DNA from: Octopus bimaculoides
Taxonomy: Eukaryota
NCBI RefSeq assembly: GCF_001194135.2
Contig: NC_068994.1
Location: 53,606,546 to 53,670,545 of the forward strand
Direction: 5' to 3'
DNA: 64,000 nucleotides
This document shows, piece by piece, positions 45,979 through 59,230 of this stretch; positions within the stretch are counted from its first letter, which is position 1; each line of letters opens with the position of its first letter. The notes beneath the pieces were generated by a model, which saw nothing but the letters and a program-made list of their open reading frames with translations, searched no databases and was not told the origin of the DNA. The position numbers were made by a program, and so were the translations under genes.

Positions 45979-48899
45979 GTGAGTACCTCTACTTGTTATG
46001 ATTTCACTAGTAGGATAGATAACTTTCAAAAATAAAGGAAAATTTCATTTGTCTGAAAATCAAAATTGATGTCATTGGGATTTTTTTAATAGTCTAGTCA
46101 GGAGGCTATACCCTTTGCACATCCTCCAAGACTGGTGAGAGTGATGTGGTTGATGTTCATCTTGAACAACTACATGAAAATATGGGTGGGATCAAATTTT
46201 CTGAAGTTTGACACCCCAATATCCAATCTGTCAAGGGATTGGTCATTGTAGTTACTGTGGGGCCTGGTAGGGAAAACACAATATGGGTGTCAAGAGGAGG
46301 AGAGACAGGTATGTCAAGTGAACATTGGTGGATGTGATATGCAACTAGCTCCTCTCCAAGAAGAAACTGTTATATAAAGGTAGAGAAGAATTTCAACCAA
46401 CTCATCATTCCAACATCCTCAGTTATGACACAGCTGAATTATTAAGACTACTTATGTGTGACAGAGAAAGAGAGAGACTCACATACAATACCCATTGTAA
46501 TAGCCAAACTATACTGGCTTGTTACTTTTATTACAGAGGATATGGTGAACATACAGTTGTGATGAATCTTAATCCAAGTCAAGAGTACCTGTTTAGAATT
46601 CGATTTCATCGAAGTGATGATAATTACTCTGCCTGGTCACCTTCAACAAAAGCCATCACAGAAAGTGAATAAACATCTTAAATTACTTTTATTTTACACA
46701 TTTTCATTTCTCTTATATTTTTACTGGTTCCAATCAGCTGAGTGTTGCCATGCTGAGGCTCTGATTCATTATTGTAATTTTTTTATTCTTTTATTTTTTA
46801 CATTTATGAATTTTTAACAATTTAGTTTTAGTATGGTATGGTATGTATGTATGTCTCTGTAAAGTATGTAAATTTGTATACCTGAATGGTTAGCATTGTT
46901 ATCTTTGAAATCATCATCACTACTACAGTAATCCTACTTATCATCATAATCATCACCATTATTTTCCAATTCATCACTTCCATCTTCCTCCCTTTGCCTT
47001 TCCTTCCACATCATTATGATCATTAAGCTCATTATCTTTGCTCTGATCATTAATTTAAGTTTCTTTTACCTTTTTAGCATGTATTCTGCTGGTTTACAAT
47101 ACATCAGCCTGCCATGCATCTTGGCTCTTCCTTATCTCTTCTGTAAGAGGTTCCATGTTCTCAGTCAGCAACCTGAGCTGCTTCTTCTCAAGTCTTCTTT
47201 GTACCTCAACTGTCTCCTGTTTCTGCTTTGAGGACATATCTGAAGACATTTTAGGGACACATGCGAGCTGGCAGAAACATTAACACACTGGGCAAAATGC
47301 TTCACGGTATTTTGTCTGTCTTTACATTAAGTTCAAATTCCACCAAGGTCAACTTTGCCTTTCATCCTTTTGGGGTTGATGCTATGTTTATATCTTTTTT
47401 AAAATATAGTAGAAAGATCCTATACAACCACTCAACTTGCTAGATACAGCAACTAAATTTCACTCAAATCGCATAGTACCATCTAATTAAAAGAAAGGAC
47501 ACATTAGATACTGTATCCCTTGACACCCCTAAAAAAACAAGATAGTCTGGTCACTACTGGAATGCCTTTGGTAAAAAGTCACTTCAAACCACAACTATAA
47601 AATTCTTCTTTTTGCTTTATTTTTTTTATTTGAGTGCATGTGCGTTTGTTTATGAAGGGTTAATAAATGGATTGTTTCCAGTACAAGACTCAAGGAACAG
47701 TCTCTTAAAATTCTAGTGATAATATTTATTTAATCAAGTAATTAAATAAAGAAAGGACTAACTTGTTAAATTCAGTTCCGTTTCTTTTTTCTACAGAAGA
47801 ACCATACTATGGTGAGAACTTACATGACGCTGTGAGCCAACAGAAATTTCAAGAAATTCATGATGTGTTACAATCTGGGTGAAATACCATGTTTTTTCAT
47901 TTATTTTTTTACACCAACCACTTTACAGTGTGGACTGGGTGCTTTTAAGTAGCACCTGCACTGACAGGGTCACCAAGTACTTGCAAGACAAAAAAAAACT
48001 TTCAAGAGGGGAGGAGGCATTGGAGGAGGTGGTCTTATGTTCGATGATGAAAAGGTTATAGTGAAATAGACACAGGTGTCTTGCTGTAGAGGAAGTACAA
48101 TGTTACCCGGCCAGAGAGAGGAAGATCAGGAATGAAGACAGAAACAGGTGTACTACCGCAAAGGAAATACATGGTTTCCCAACCTGAAGGAAGTGGAAGA
48201 CATCAGGATACAGATGGTGGCAAAATGTTGGGCATACTCACAAGGAACAGTGATCAGAATATATATGGGATGGTTGAGTAAAGGAAGAGAGAGATATACG
48301 ATGGTGGCAAGTGCCAGGGCATACCCTTGAGATTCAAATGCCATAATATAAGTGGCAGGATATTGCAATGGTAGTGTGATTAAAGAGTGTGAGTAAGTGG
48401 CGAAAGACCTAGAGATGTATAGAGTTAGTGGGGCTACTAGTAGCAATGACACAGAATAACAGGGTTGTGAGAACAGGATTGGGGAGTGAGAACTAGGCAT
48501 AGTGTATGAAGGAGTTAGGTGTGGGTGGAACACACAGGTTGGGAGCTAGTAGATAGCAATAATAGAGTGAGATGGAGCATGTGAGTAGAACACAGATCAG
48601 AGGCAGGCAGAGAGCAGTAGGCACAGGGCAAAGAGGACAAGATTGGGGAGTGGGAGGTAATCAAAGTACATGAAGTGGAAATGTGAGAAAGAGAAGAGAT
48701 GTAGTTTGGTTTGTTGTGGCAGAGTGTATGTGAGAAGTTTTCTTGTTAGGTGTGGGTGGGACACACAGCACTTCTAGAACTCAGTTTCGCTGATGTGGGT
48801 GGATCTTCTCAAGAACTTCATATTGCCAGATATCTTGGTCCATTGTCATTTCCTCCATGAGGCCCAACTTCCTGAGATCGGTTCCTAACACTTCATCCC

Positions 48900-48932
<33 letters not shown>

Positions 48933-51900
48933 CTTAATTGCTTTATCTACCCTGGTACTACCCTGAGTTGATAGTACCAGGGTAGATAAAGCGATTAAGA
49001 GTATGAAGACCGGGAAAGCCCCCGGCCCATCAGGAATCGCTGCAGAGATGCTCAAAATATCTGGCAGTGTTGGCTATAGCCTAGTCACCCGTATTACGAA
49101 CCAGGTGATACACGAAGGAGTAATCACAGAGGAGTTCAAGACAGGTTGCCCCTGGGAGCTCCTCTATGCTGATGACCTTGCCCTAATTGCGGAGTCACTA
49201 TCAGAACTAGAGGAGAAGTTTCAGGTGTGGAAGCAAGGTCTAGAATTGAAGGGCCTTAGAGTCAACCTAGCTAAAACCAAAATCCTAATAAGTAGGAAGG
49301 TAGATAAAACACAAACCCCTTCAGGTAGATGGCCCTGCTCNNNNNNNNNNNNNNNNNNNNNNNNNNNNNNNNNNNNNNNNNNNNNNNNNNNNNNNNNNNN
49401 NNNNNNNNNNNNNNNNNNNNNNNNNNNNNNNNNNNNNNNNNNNNNNNNNNNNNNNNNNNNNNNNNNNNNNNNNNNNNNNNNNNNNNNNNNNNNNNNNNNN
49501 NNNNNNNNNNNNNNNNNNNNNNNNNNNNNNNNNNNNNNNNNNNNNNNNNNNNNNNNNNNNNNNNNNNNNNNNNNNNNNNNNNNNNNNNNNNNNNNNNNNN
49601 NNNNNNNNNNNNNNNNNNNNNNNNNNNNNNNNNNNNNNNNNNNNNNNNNNNNNNNNNNNNNNNNNNNNNNNNNNNNNNNNNNNNNNNNNNNNNNNNNNNN
49701 NNNNNNNNNNNNNNNNNNNNNNNNNNNNNNNNNNNNNNNNNNNNNNNNNNNNNNNNNNNNNNNNNNNNNNNNNNNNNNNNNNNNNNNNNNNNNNNNNNNN
49801 NNNNNNNNNNNNNNNNNNNNNNNNNNNNNNNNNNNNNNNNNNNNNNNNNNNNNNNNNNNNNNNNNNNNNNNNNNNNNNNNNNNNNNNNNNNNNNNNNNNN
49901 NNNNNNNNNNNNNNNNNNNNNNNNNNNNNNNNNNNNNNNNNNNNNNNNNNNNNNNNNNNNNNNNNNNNNNNNNNNNNNNNNNNNNNNNNNNNNNNNNNNN
50001 NNNNNNNNNNNNNNNNNNNNNNNNNNNNNNNNNNNNNNNNNNNNNNNNNNNNNNNNNNNNNNNNNNNNNNNNNNNNNNNNNNNNNNNNNNNNNNNNNNNN
50101 NNNNNNNNNNNNNNNNNNNNNNNNNNNNNNNNNNNNNNNNNNNNNNNNNNNNNNNNNNNNNNNNNNNNNNNNNNNNNNNNNNNNNNNNNNNNNNNNNNNN
50201 NNNNNNNNNNNNNNNNNNNNNNNNNNNNNNNNNNNNNNNNNNNNNNNNNNNNNNNNNNNNNNNNNNNNNNNNNNNNNNNNNNNNNGGTGGCACATAAAAG
50301 ACACCATTTCGAGCGTGGCCGTTTTCGTGCGGGTGACACGTAAAAGCAGCCACTACACTCTCTGAGTGGTTGGCGTTAGGAAGGGCATCCAGCTGTAGAA
50401 ACTCTGCCAAATTAGACTGGAGCCTGGTGTTGCCATCTGGTTTCACCAGTCCTCAGTCAAATCGTCCAACCCATGCTAGCATGGAAAGCGGACGTTAAAC
50501 GATGATGATGATGATGATATGTGTGTGTATATATCTATATATATCATCATCTTAATGTCCACTTTTGTATACTTGCATGAGTTGAGTGAGATTTGTTGAG
50601 GTGGATTTTCTACAGCCAGATGGCCTTCCTGTCACTAACCTTTACGCGTTTCCAACTTGTTGTTTTTAAAAACCTTTTAGCAAAACTTGTATCAGTTATA
50701 TGAAGGAAAATAATCTAAGAATTCAGAGAAAATATGTTATTATCAACACATGCTATTCTAATAGCCTTCTTATTGTTATTTCCTTTTCTAATGTTTCTGC
50801 TTTTTTTTTTGCTTTCTTATGTTTGCTATCTTCCAAGGACCTTTATATCTCATCCACACTCACATCAGAATCACTATTTCTGTTGTTATTATCATTTTCA
50901 CTGACATTTTTATCATCACTGCCAGCATCATCATAGACATTTCCATTCTGGTGGTATTGTCAGCAGCAGCAACAGTGGTGGTGATGGCAGCAATAACATT
51001 GATGACAGTCATCACATTGATTGGCCTAGCAATTAGGATTAAAATGAGAGCAATGGAGATGAATAATATTGATGATCATGATCATAAATAACAATAACGA
51101 TGATAAATATTTTAATAAAGATAACAGTATTTATGAAAATTAAGATTTTGATTATGTTACTGATAAGTTTCCATAATGCATTACAGAAATGTCAAAATTG
51201 ATGTGCCAGATAATGAAGGTCTAAGTGCATTAATGAATACAGCAAGACAAGACCAAACTGAGTAAGTAGTCACTGTATATTTACAGTTTTATAGTGTGTA
51301 TAATGCCTGGTAATGTAAATGAAATGGCAAAGTGATAAGATATAAAACTACCAGTCCATACATTTTGAGTTCAAACCCACTTCAGATATTTTATTGTGTT
51401 TGGACAGGAGAGTAAATTCAAGTCTCCCTCAGTTCACCTATATATTAAAAGTAGAAAACAAATCATACACAAATGTTACTGTTACCCAAGATAGACTGGC
51501 ATCATTTCCAGAGGCAGATGTAGCTTAAATCAATATGTGACATGAACCCAAAGATATATAGTGAAAGTTAAAATACACTGGCTTAAAGACATTTACATTT
51601 AAGAATTATGTTGTCTTATGCTTTGTGTGTGTGTGTGTGTATTTGAATTGCCTTGTGCTTATAGTGTGTATAATGCTCTGTTGTTATGGGAAGATTTTGT
51701 AGTTATTGTGTATGCATATATGTGTGAAAGTTTTTGTAGGTATGATATGCATAAGGAATTGTGTTTGTTGGGTGTGTAATGTCAAGAATCTCTGGTCTAC
51801 ATAATATTTTGTATAATGTCATGTATTTATGACATTAAAGGTCTTGTACTTAAGGTGTATATAAGGTCTTGTTGTTATGCATTCACACTACACACTGTCC

Positions 51901-54900
51901 CCTTGTAATGGTTCTTGCTTCATACTTTTGCATGAATGTTTGCAGTTTTCTCAGGTTACTTAATTTTTGCTGCACTCTTCTTTATGGCATAAACAACATG
52001 CATACATCTACTGCTTGCTTTACACCCAATTACATGCAAGCATCCTATGATTTGTGCCTTCAACAATTTGTTCCCATGTCTGTGTCAACACTTCTTTTCC
52101 CATCCACTAGTTGTTGGTATTCAGCACAACAGTTTATGTAAGGTAACTATTGTAACATCAATCTGTAAATAAACATGATACCTAAAATCAAAATATCACA
52201 TTTGATTTTATATGGGAGTAGCAAACAGCCAGGCCAGATAATATAACTCCCAGCAGACCAAGACCACAAAAGTATTGCAGTGTGTGTATGGATTTTATTG
52301 TAGTGTAATGTGTACATATACAGACTGTAAATAAAATCCGTATGCTGGATTTTACCACATTCCAGTATCTTTTGTCATATATATGAAGCTTGGTAACATA
52401 AAATATTGTAGTGTAATTTAAATTTAAGTCTTTTTGTATCATTTAGTGGTATATATCATCTTACAATACCTATTAATTTCTTATATTGTTTGCATTTTAT
52501 ATTGCATGTATTATATAACCTTACAACAGCACATTATTATTATCTTATATCAACAGAACAAATCAAGTACTTCCTACCAGTGACTAAATGATTAGAATAT
52601 CTCAACCCAATCTACCACATAGTTGAAAATTGGCCTTACTAAATTCTGGATTGAATTTTGTGCAGAATAGATCTCTGTTTTAACTATGAGTGGTCCAGTT
52701 TTTCAATCAACAGAACCACCTACTCACTAACTTATAGTGAAGGAGATTGAATATTCTACCGACATTGTACCATTAATGTAATTTTCATGTTGAATTAGCT
52801 TAGTATAACACTGTCAGGCTCCCACATGGTTTCTGCTACTCAATTTCATTCACAAAGCTTGGGTTATTCACTGCCCTTTGTTTTTCATTCTAACAATCAA
52901 TCTGTATTGTATTGTAGCTATGCTAAGTAATCATATCCTAAAGTGTTTTCTTTCTTATTTTAGAATTATGAAAATACTCTTGTCCTTTAATGCTTCTGTT
53001 AATGCTAAAGATGATAGTGGGAAAACAGCGTAAGTATTCAGAAACTGGTTTTATTTATTCACCAATAATGATAGCAGGGAACAGGGGTTTAATGAATGCA
53101 TTTTTGCATCTTAGCACATTAGTAGTAACAGTAACTTCACAAAACGTAGCAGTCACTGACTGTTTTTGTTTTTGCACTAGAGATTTCCTCCTTTCTGTAG
53201 GTAAAGATTCTAATTTGGAATAAGGTGAATCTAGAGTAAAAGGTAAACTAACATATATTTCTAAATAGCTAAAACCAAAGTTAAAAACCAACACTTCTGA
53301 CGATCATTAATATCTTAGACTATACCTGTCTGACACTTTCAGATACATAACCATTTGTACCGTTATTAAATGAACAACACTAAACATTCTCTCCACATAT
53401 ACATAGACCCCCCATCAGGCCTGTAGTTCCTCTGCAGACCTATTTAATAAGGTATCTTAGTGCTATGGACATTAATTTTAATTTTTAATTTCAATCTAAA
53501 TTTAATTTTAAGCATTAACTTTATTTGAACTTTAATTTAATATTAACTATTTTCCATATTTTATTTTTCTACTTTTCTTAATTGGCTGGATTACCTCAGT
53601 TTAATGCATGCCTGTATCCATGGTCAGCTGGCAGCTGTGAAGATCCTGGTCCAAAATGGTGCACTCTATGAAGATTTTGATTTGGGTGGGTCTGCTCCAT
53701 TGCATTATGCTGTTGATAGCTGTGACTCTGACCTAATTGAATGGATGATCAGGAATGGAGCAGATGTGAATATTCAAGATAAAAATGCTCATTGGACTCC
53801 ATTGATGCGATGCGGTGAGTTTTAAGTTTGCAGTTTCACTCACTTATTCAAATCTGTTGGGAAATATATGTATGTGCATAACTGTACAGTTTAATTCATA
53901 ACCTGCATAGTTACATATTCCTCAGTCAATGAAACATTCACTTTCACTCTTTATGAAGGAATGGAAGTGTAGATATCAAATGATGTTGTGAAGTTTAATT
54001 ACATGGACAAAAATTTATGCCTACAGAGTAGTTGGGCAGTGAAGTAATTGTGGTATTATTGATTTTGCAAGCAAGCAGTATGGAGACAGCCTCAGTCCCA
54101 CCCAAGATACCTGTGTAATCCTCCTCTCTATTTCTGCTGACATAGCGAAGACAACCTTTGTATCAAGTCACATCAGGTCACCATATTCCTCTCGTTTGGT
54201 AGATAAGATCTTCCTCCTTTCTCTAACCAATGGAACCTACAAATGAGATTTTACAAGCTGCATCACAGGTCATTGATGGATGTGGGGAGTAACCTTAGAT
54301 AAGAACTGATTTATGGGAGAGAGTACTTTTAATCCTTCACACATGAGATAATTTCTCTACTACTGATGCTATGACAAAAATGCACCCAGTACACTCTTGA
54401 GAGTGATTAGTAACAAGAACATCATCATCATCATCATTTAACGTCCACTTTCCATGCTCACATGGGTTGGATGGTTTGACTGAGGACTAGCAAGCCAGGG
54501 GGCTGCACCAGGCTCCAATCTGAGCTGGCAAGGTTTCTACAGCTGGATGCCCTTCCTAATGTCAACCACTCCAAAAGTGTAGTGGGTGCTTTTTATGTGT
54601 CACCAGCATGGGGGCCAGTCAGGCAGCACTGTCATCGACTACACTTGAATGGTGCTCTTTACATTCCACCAGTCAGGTGACATTGGTATCAACCACACAC
54701 AAATGGTACTTTTTATGCACCACTAGCACAGGAGCCAGTCCTGTGGCACTGGCATCAACCATGCTCGAATGGTTTTTTACATGTTACCGGCATGGGTGCT
54801 AGTTAGGCGGTACTGGCAGAAGCCACAACAATGATTTCACTTGACTCAACAGGTCTTCTTGAGCACAGCATATTGCCCAACAATTGAAGGGTACTTTTAA

Positions 54901-57778
54901 ATGGGCCAGTTATGCGACATTGGCATAGGCCACGGCTACGGTCTCACTCGGCTTGCCGGGTCTTCTCAAGTACAGTGTGTTTCCAAAGGTTTCGGTCACT
55001 TGTCATTGCCTCTGTGAAGTCTAGGTCATACTTCATCACCTCATCCCAGGTCTTCCTGGGTCTACCTCTTCCACAGGTACCCTCCACTGTTAGAGTGTGA
55101 CACTTCTTCACACAGCTGTCCTCATCCATACGTAACACATGACCATACCACATCTGATGCTTCTTATGTTCAACTTTTCTCTCAAGGTGCTTACACTTTG
55201 TCATGTATGCACATGTAACATGTAACTAAAATGAACTGTTTGAGAAAAACATTGACTCTATTAACTGTATTGCAGGATACCAATTTAGAAGGGCTTATGA
55301 AAGACTAAAGATATTTTTGCCTCCATTGAAATATATGTACTCATAAATAGTGCCCTGTTGGTTATATTAAGTAACTTTCCTCCAAGTTGCTATCAAGTAA
55401 TACTTATATATGTATTATTAACATGATGCTTGCTTTTTCCCTAATTGTTTTTTCAGCTTCTCTAAATGGTAACAAATTAATTGCTCTTACGTTGATCCGC
55501 AATGGAGCTGACATTGATCTCAGGGATATTGATGGCAAGACTTGTTTAATGATTGCTGTCATCAATGGCTATCAAAAGTTGGTGGATGTTCTCTTGGATA
55601 ACAATGCTAATATTGTAATATACAATAAGGTTAGCAGATGGTCATTTTCTTTATTTGTCATCATAGATCATCACCATTATTACTGCTACTGCAGCATCAA
55701 CTGGACTTACCTATGATCAAAGACATTCTGACAGTAATCAATCTATCATTTTGTATCTTAGGAACCACATTCAATCTTTTTAAGATGACAGAGGATTACT
55801 TGACGGCAATTTAGATACTATTTCTATTTGTTCATCTCTCTCTAGCTCTATCTCTTTGTTAAATAGAGGCCCAGCGGTGTGCTGGTGCAGTTAGTGTGGA
55901 GGCCCTCATTACCTCATCACAGCAGTGCAGGACATGTTTACAGGTTGGAGAGCAGCAGGTCCCCAAGTTTTCTATGGTGAATTGTGTTAAGGACACAATA
56001 GTAGGAACCATGGTGACCAGAGGTTGTAATACAGGGATGTGCTGAAAAGACATGAAGAACTCCAGCATTTTGTCAGACACCTGGAATGAGAAGGCTTTGC
56101 AGTGCAATAAATGACACCAATCACTGAAGCTCGTAATTCTAGCAATTGAGGAGAAACAACAGGTGGGATAAGAAAGAGCACGTGAGAGATATCACTTAAT
56201 CTGGAGCACATGTCATTGCTGCTGCAGATCAAGAACTGGCCTTGTTGCCTGCTGGGGATAATTTCTGAATAGATCAATTAACATTGACTTGTGATGGACA
56301 GCTGATGACAACATTGATGATGCATGTGTGTGTGTGTGTATGTGTGTGTGTGTGCATGTCCAACCCATGCTAGTACGGAAAGCTCTGAAGTACATATGTA
56401 TGTATGTTCTGAAGTACATATGTATTTTTGTAATGCAATGTGTGTGTGTGTGTGTGTAAACATGTTTATACATGCATATATATATGGTATTGTCACTTTG
56501 GAAGAAACCAGTACTATATATGAAAAAAAACATTTTCACTTTTATCTCTCTCCTTTCAGAATGGTCATACTGCATATGAATTGGCCATGTCACTTGAAAA
56601 AGATGTAAGTAGATTCATAGTCAAAGTTAAATCAAATGTGGAATAGATCATCATCGCCACACTTCTTCTCTTTCTCCTCTTCTTCCTCTTGTTTTTGCTT
56701 GCTGTAGCTTACTTTTTCTACAAACTCCAGTTCTGATTGAGTAACTCCTAAAGCATGTAGGAAGCTAAACAAAAACAAAAAGGTGTAAAGTGCAGATCAA
56801 GAACATCTTGAGTGTCATTGTTTGACTAGTGGTTTAACCATGATCATCCCTGTCTTTTTTTCTCAAGTATAATGTATATAGGACTACATTAGCCAATATA
56901 TACTTTTTATAAAACACTAGGTGTGAGTTGAGGTTAATTTGACTGCTTTTAACAAGTCAAGTAACCGTTGTTGCTCCCTACCAAATATATTATAACCAAT
57001 TGTCAATATCATAACAACTGCTGCATCATAAATGTTATGGCTTTCTTCCACAAAGATAGAAACTAATCCAACATTAACCAATCGCTTACTCCCTACAATT
57101 TACATGTACGCTTACATTAGATTTATGTTAGAATCATATCTGGGAAAACACAGCTGCTTCATATTATAAGCATGCACACAAAATAAAAAGAAAATTGGTA
57201 AGGAAGCCATTATATGGTCACTTGATCTACAAGAAACAGCAGTCAAATTGCTCACAAATAATATACTATGTTTTAAAAAATGGAAGTATGCATTTCATAA
57301 ATAGTACTAGATATCCTAAAAGGGATATTTTAGTAATACTAGATATCCCTAAAAGAGACATCTAGTACTACTAAAATGGCTGATGATCATACTGAAATGC
57401 TTTTGATCATTACAGTTTTTCATTTGGTGTACTAAAATCTCTAAACATTCTCTCTCTCTTTCTCACACACACACACATACATACATACATGCACATACAT
57501 ATCTTCATAATTTTTAACATCTACTTTTCCATACTTGCATAGATCAGATGGATTTTGTTGGAGCAGATTTTCTAAAACCAGATACCCTTCCTGTTACCAA
57601 CCCTCATTTTGTTTCCAAGCAAGGAGACATTTTTCTGTAGCCCAACATGTTTTCAAGAAACCATAACTAGTTTCTCCATACATATTTGGATTAGTTCATG
57701 TTTCTTTTTTTCATTTGTTAGTCAATAATAGAGAGCCTGATGAAATTTATGAAAAAGCAAAAAATTGAGTGTTGCTAA
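45800..57778 (+). CDS. FANK1: FANK1-like protein, copy 3 (339 aa from ATG 45800)
   Basis: Exons 45795(ATG 45800)-45978, 46537-46664, 47797-47878, 51187-51261, 52964-53029, 53600-53814, 55457-55629, 56560-56604, 57722-57778. Open frame, ends KKQKIECC*. Confidence 0.9.
46537..46664 (+). CDS. FANK1: FANK1 copy 3 exon B
   Basis: ttacag|AGGATAT ... GAAA|gtgaat; 128 nt. Confidence 0.88.
47797..47878 (+). CDS. FANK1: FANK1 copy 3 exon C
   Basis: ctacag|AAGAACC ... TCTGG|gtgaaa; 82 nt. Confidence 0.88.
48785..48900 (-). mobile_element. RTE ORF C-terminal remnant
   Basis: Minus strand WDEVLGTDLRKLGLMEEMTMDQDIW. Confidence 0.7.
48972..50518 (+). mobile_element. 5'-truncated RTE LINE spanning an assembly gap, with (GAT)n tail
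   Basis: VDKAIKSMKTGKAPGPSGIAAEMLK, CPWELLYADDLALIAES, GLRVNLAKTK; 3'UTR and GATGATGAT tail after the gap. Confidence 0.9.
49341..50286. other. Assembly gap (N run)
   Basis: Run of N inside an RTE element. Confidence 1.
51187..51261 (+). CDS. FANK1: FANK1 copy 3 exon D
   Basis: ttacag|AAATGTC ... ACTGA|gtaagt; 75 nt. Confidence 0.9.
52964..53029 (+). CDS. FANK1: FANK1 copy 3 exon E
   Basis: ttttag|AATTATG ... ACAGC|gtaagt; 66 nt. Confidence 0.9.
53600..53814 (+). CDS. FANK1: FANK1 copy 3 exon F
   Basis: cctcag|TTTAATG ... TGCG|gtgagt; ORF 53604-53825. Confidence 0.92.
54419..55210 (-). mobile_element. RTE LINE 3' fragment with (CAT)n tail
   Basis: ORF 54944-55204: WYGHVLRMDEDSCVKKC...RGRPRKTWDEV; 3'UTR shared with 11009 and 50400. 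Confidence 0.85.
55457..55629 (+). CDS. FANK1: FANK1 copy 3 exon G
   Basis: tttcag|CTTCTC ... AATAAG|gttagc; ORF 55387-55716; 173 nt. Confidence 0.9.
56560..56604 (+). CDS. FANK1: FANK1 copy 3 exon H
   Basis: tttcag|AATGGT ... AAAGAT|gtaagt; NGHTAYELAMSLEKD. Confidence 0.88.
57722..57778 (+). CDS. FANK1: FANK1 copy 3 last coding exon I
   Basis: tttgttag|TCAATA; SIIESLMKFMKKQKIECC*. Confidence 0.82.
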   Translation, partial: SIIESLMKFMKKQKIECC

Positions 57779-58199
57779 GAAGTCAAGGTGTAATGTGAAC
57801 ATTGCACAACTTATGAAATCTAGGTGGGTACCTGTTTACATATCCTCATGCCTTTTTATTTTTCTTACATGCACACACACACACACACATTCTTTGTATT
57901 TGGCTTGCAAAATTCTTGGTGTAAAAATTGGTATTGAAACAAATTTGTTGTATCTTGGGTGAGAATGTCATTATGCTAATAAAAACACGTACTAGTGCAT
58001 GTATTTTTTGGCATAATGACCCTCTCAAGATAGGACAATATATGTATGTTTGTGTGTGTGTGTGTATAGGAAAAATATCAATGAATTTTAAATATATCAA
58101 ATAATTATAATCATATATCTCCTTAGTATTCTAGCATAAAGTCACCTCCCTCTCTATTATATTCTCACTCAGTTGAAACAGTCCTTAGTCTTGTGAGTT

Positions 58200-58700
58200 A
58201 CATAATGACCTCACTTGTGCTGGTGCAACAAAAAAGCCTCCATCACATTCTGTTAGAGTTAGAAAGGACATCCAGCTATAGAGACCATGCCAAAGAGACT
58301 TCGGAGAACTACACAGTCCTCTGACTCACTGGATTCTGTCGAACCATCTAACCTATGCCAGGGTCTTCTCACACACTGCATATTTCCAAAGGTCTTGGTC
58401 ACTAGTCATTGCCTTGGTGAAGCCTAATGTTCAAAGGTTGTGCTTCACCACCTCATCCCAGGTCTTCGTGGATCTACCTCTTCCACAGATTCCCTCAACC
58501 ACTAGGGTGTGGCACTTTTTCACACAGCTGTCCTCATCCATTCTCGCCATATGACCATACCAGCGCAGTGGTCTCTCTTGCACACCACATCTGATGCTTC
58601 TTAGGTCTAACATTTCTCTCAAGGTACTTACACTCTGTCGAGTATGCACACTGACATTACACATCCATCGGAGCATACTGGCTTTCATTCCAAACAGACA
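58200..58700 (-). mobile_element. RTE LINE 3' fragment
   Basis: ORF 58431-58796: ASMLRWMCNV...LRWYGHMARMDEDSCVKKC. Confidence 0.85.
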
Positions 58701-59230
58701 CAGTCCTCTAGTCTTAGATTTAGTAGTTGATGAAAAGACAAATAAATTAGAAATGAACCACAATCCTTTACAAGCTATGACCCCAGTTTGCTTCATGCCT
58801 TTCTTGGAAGTGTAGTCTATACTTAGCTACAATAGCGACATGGATTTCTTCTATCTTCTTGCTCTGTTAAAGTATTTGAGAAAAATTATATTAATGTGTC
58901 CAACTGATTAAAATTCTATTTATTTGTGCAGCTGATGATAGCCCTGCATTTAAATTGATGTAATGATTGCATTGTTCAATTAAACGGAGCTGCTTGAAAC
59001 GGTCGTACTGCATCACTTCTTGATATCCTGTTGCTTATTTTGATATATATATATATGAATTGAATTGAATTGAACCAATTTCATTGCATGAGCTGTGGTC
59101 ATGCTGGGGCATTGCCATGTGGTTTTGGTACATAACTTTTACTTCACTAATTCATTTTGGAACTTGACATTTGATGTTATGATATGTATATTTTTGTTTA
59201 CTCATAAACTTCTTTATTCTAATTTATCAG

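Noticed and set aside
49003-50446. 300-450 aa ORFs on both strands (also 1091-1327 and 20418-20985)
   Set aside because: Artefacts of N runs; only the flanking RTE residues are real.
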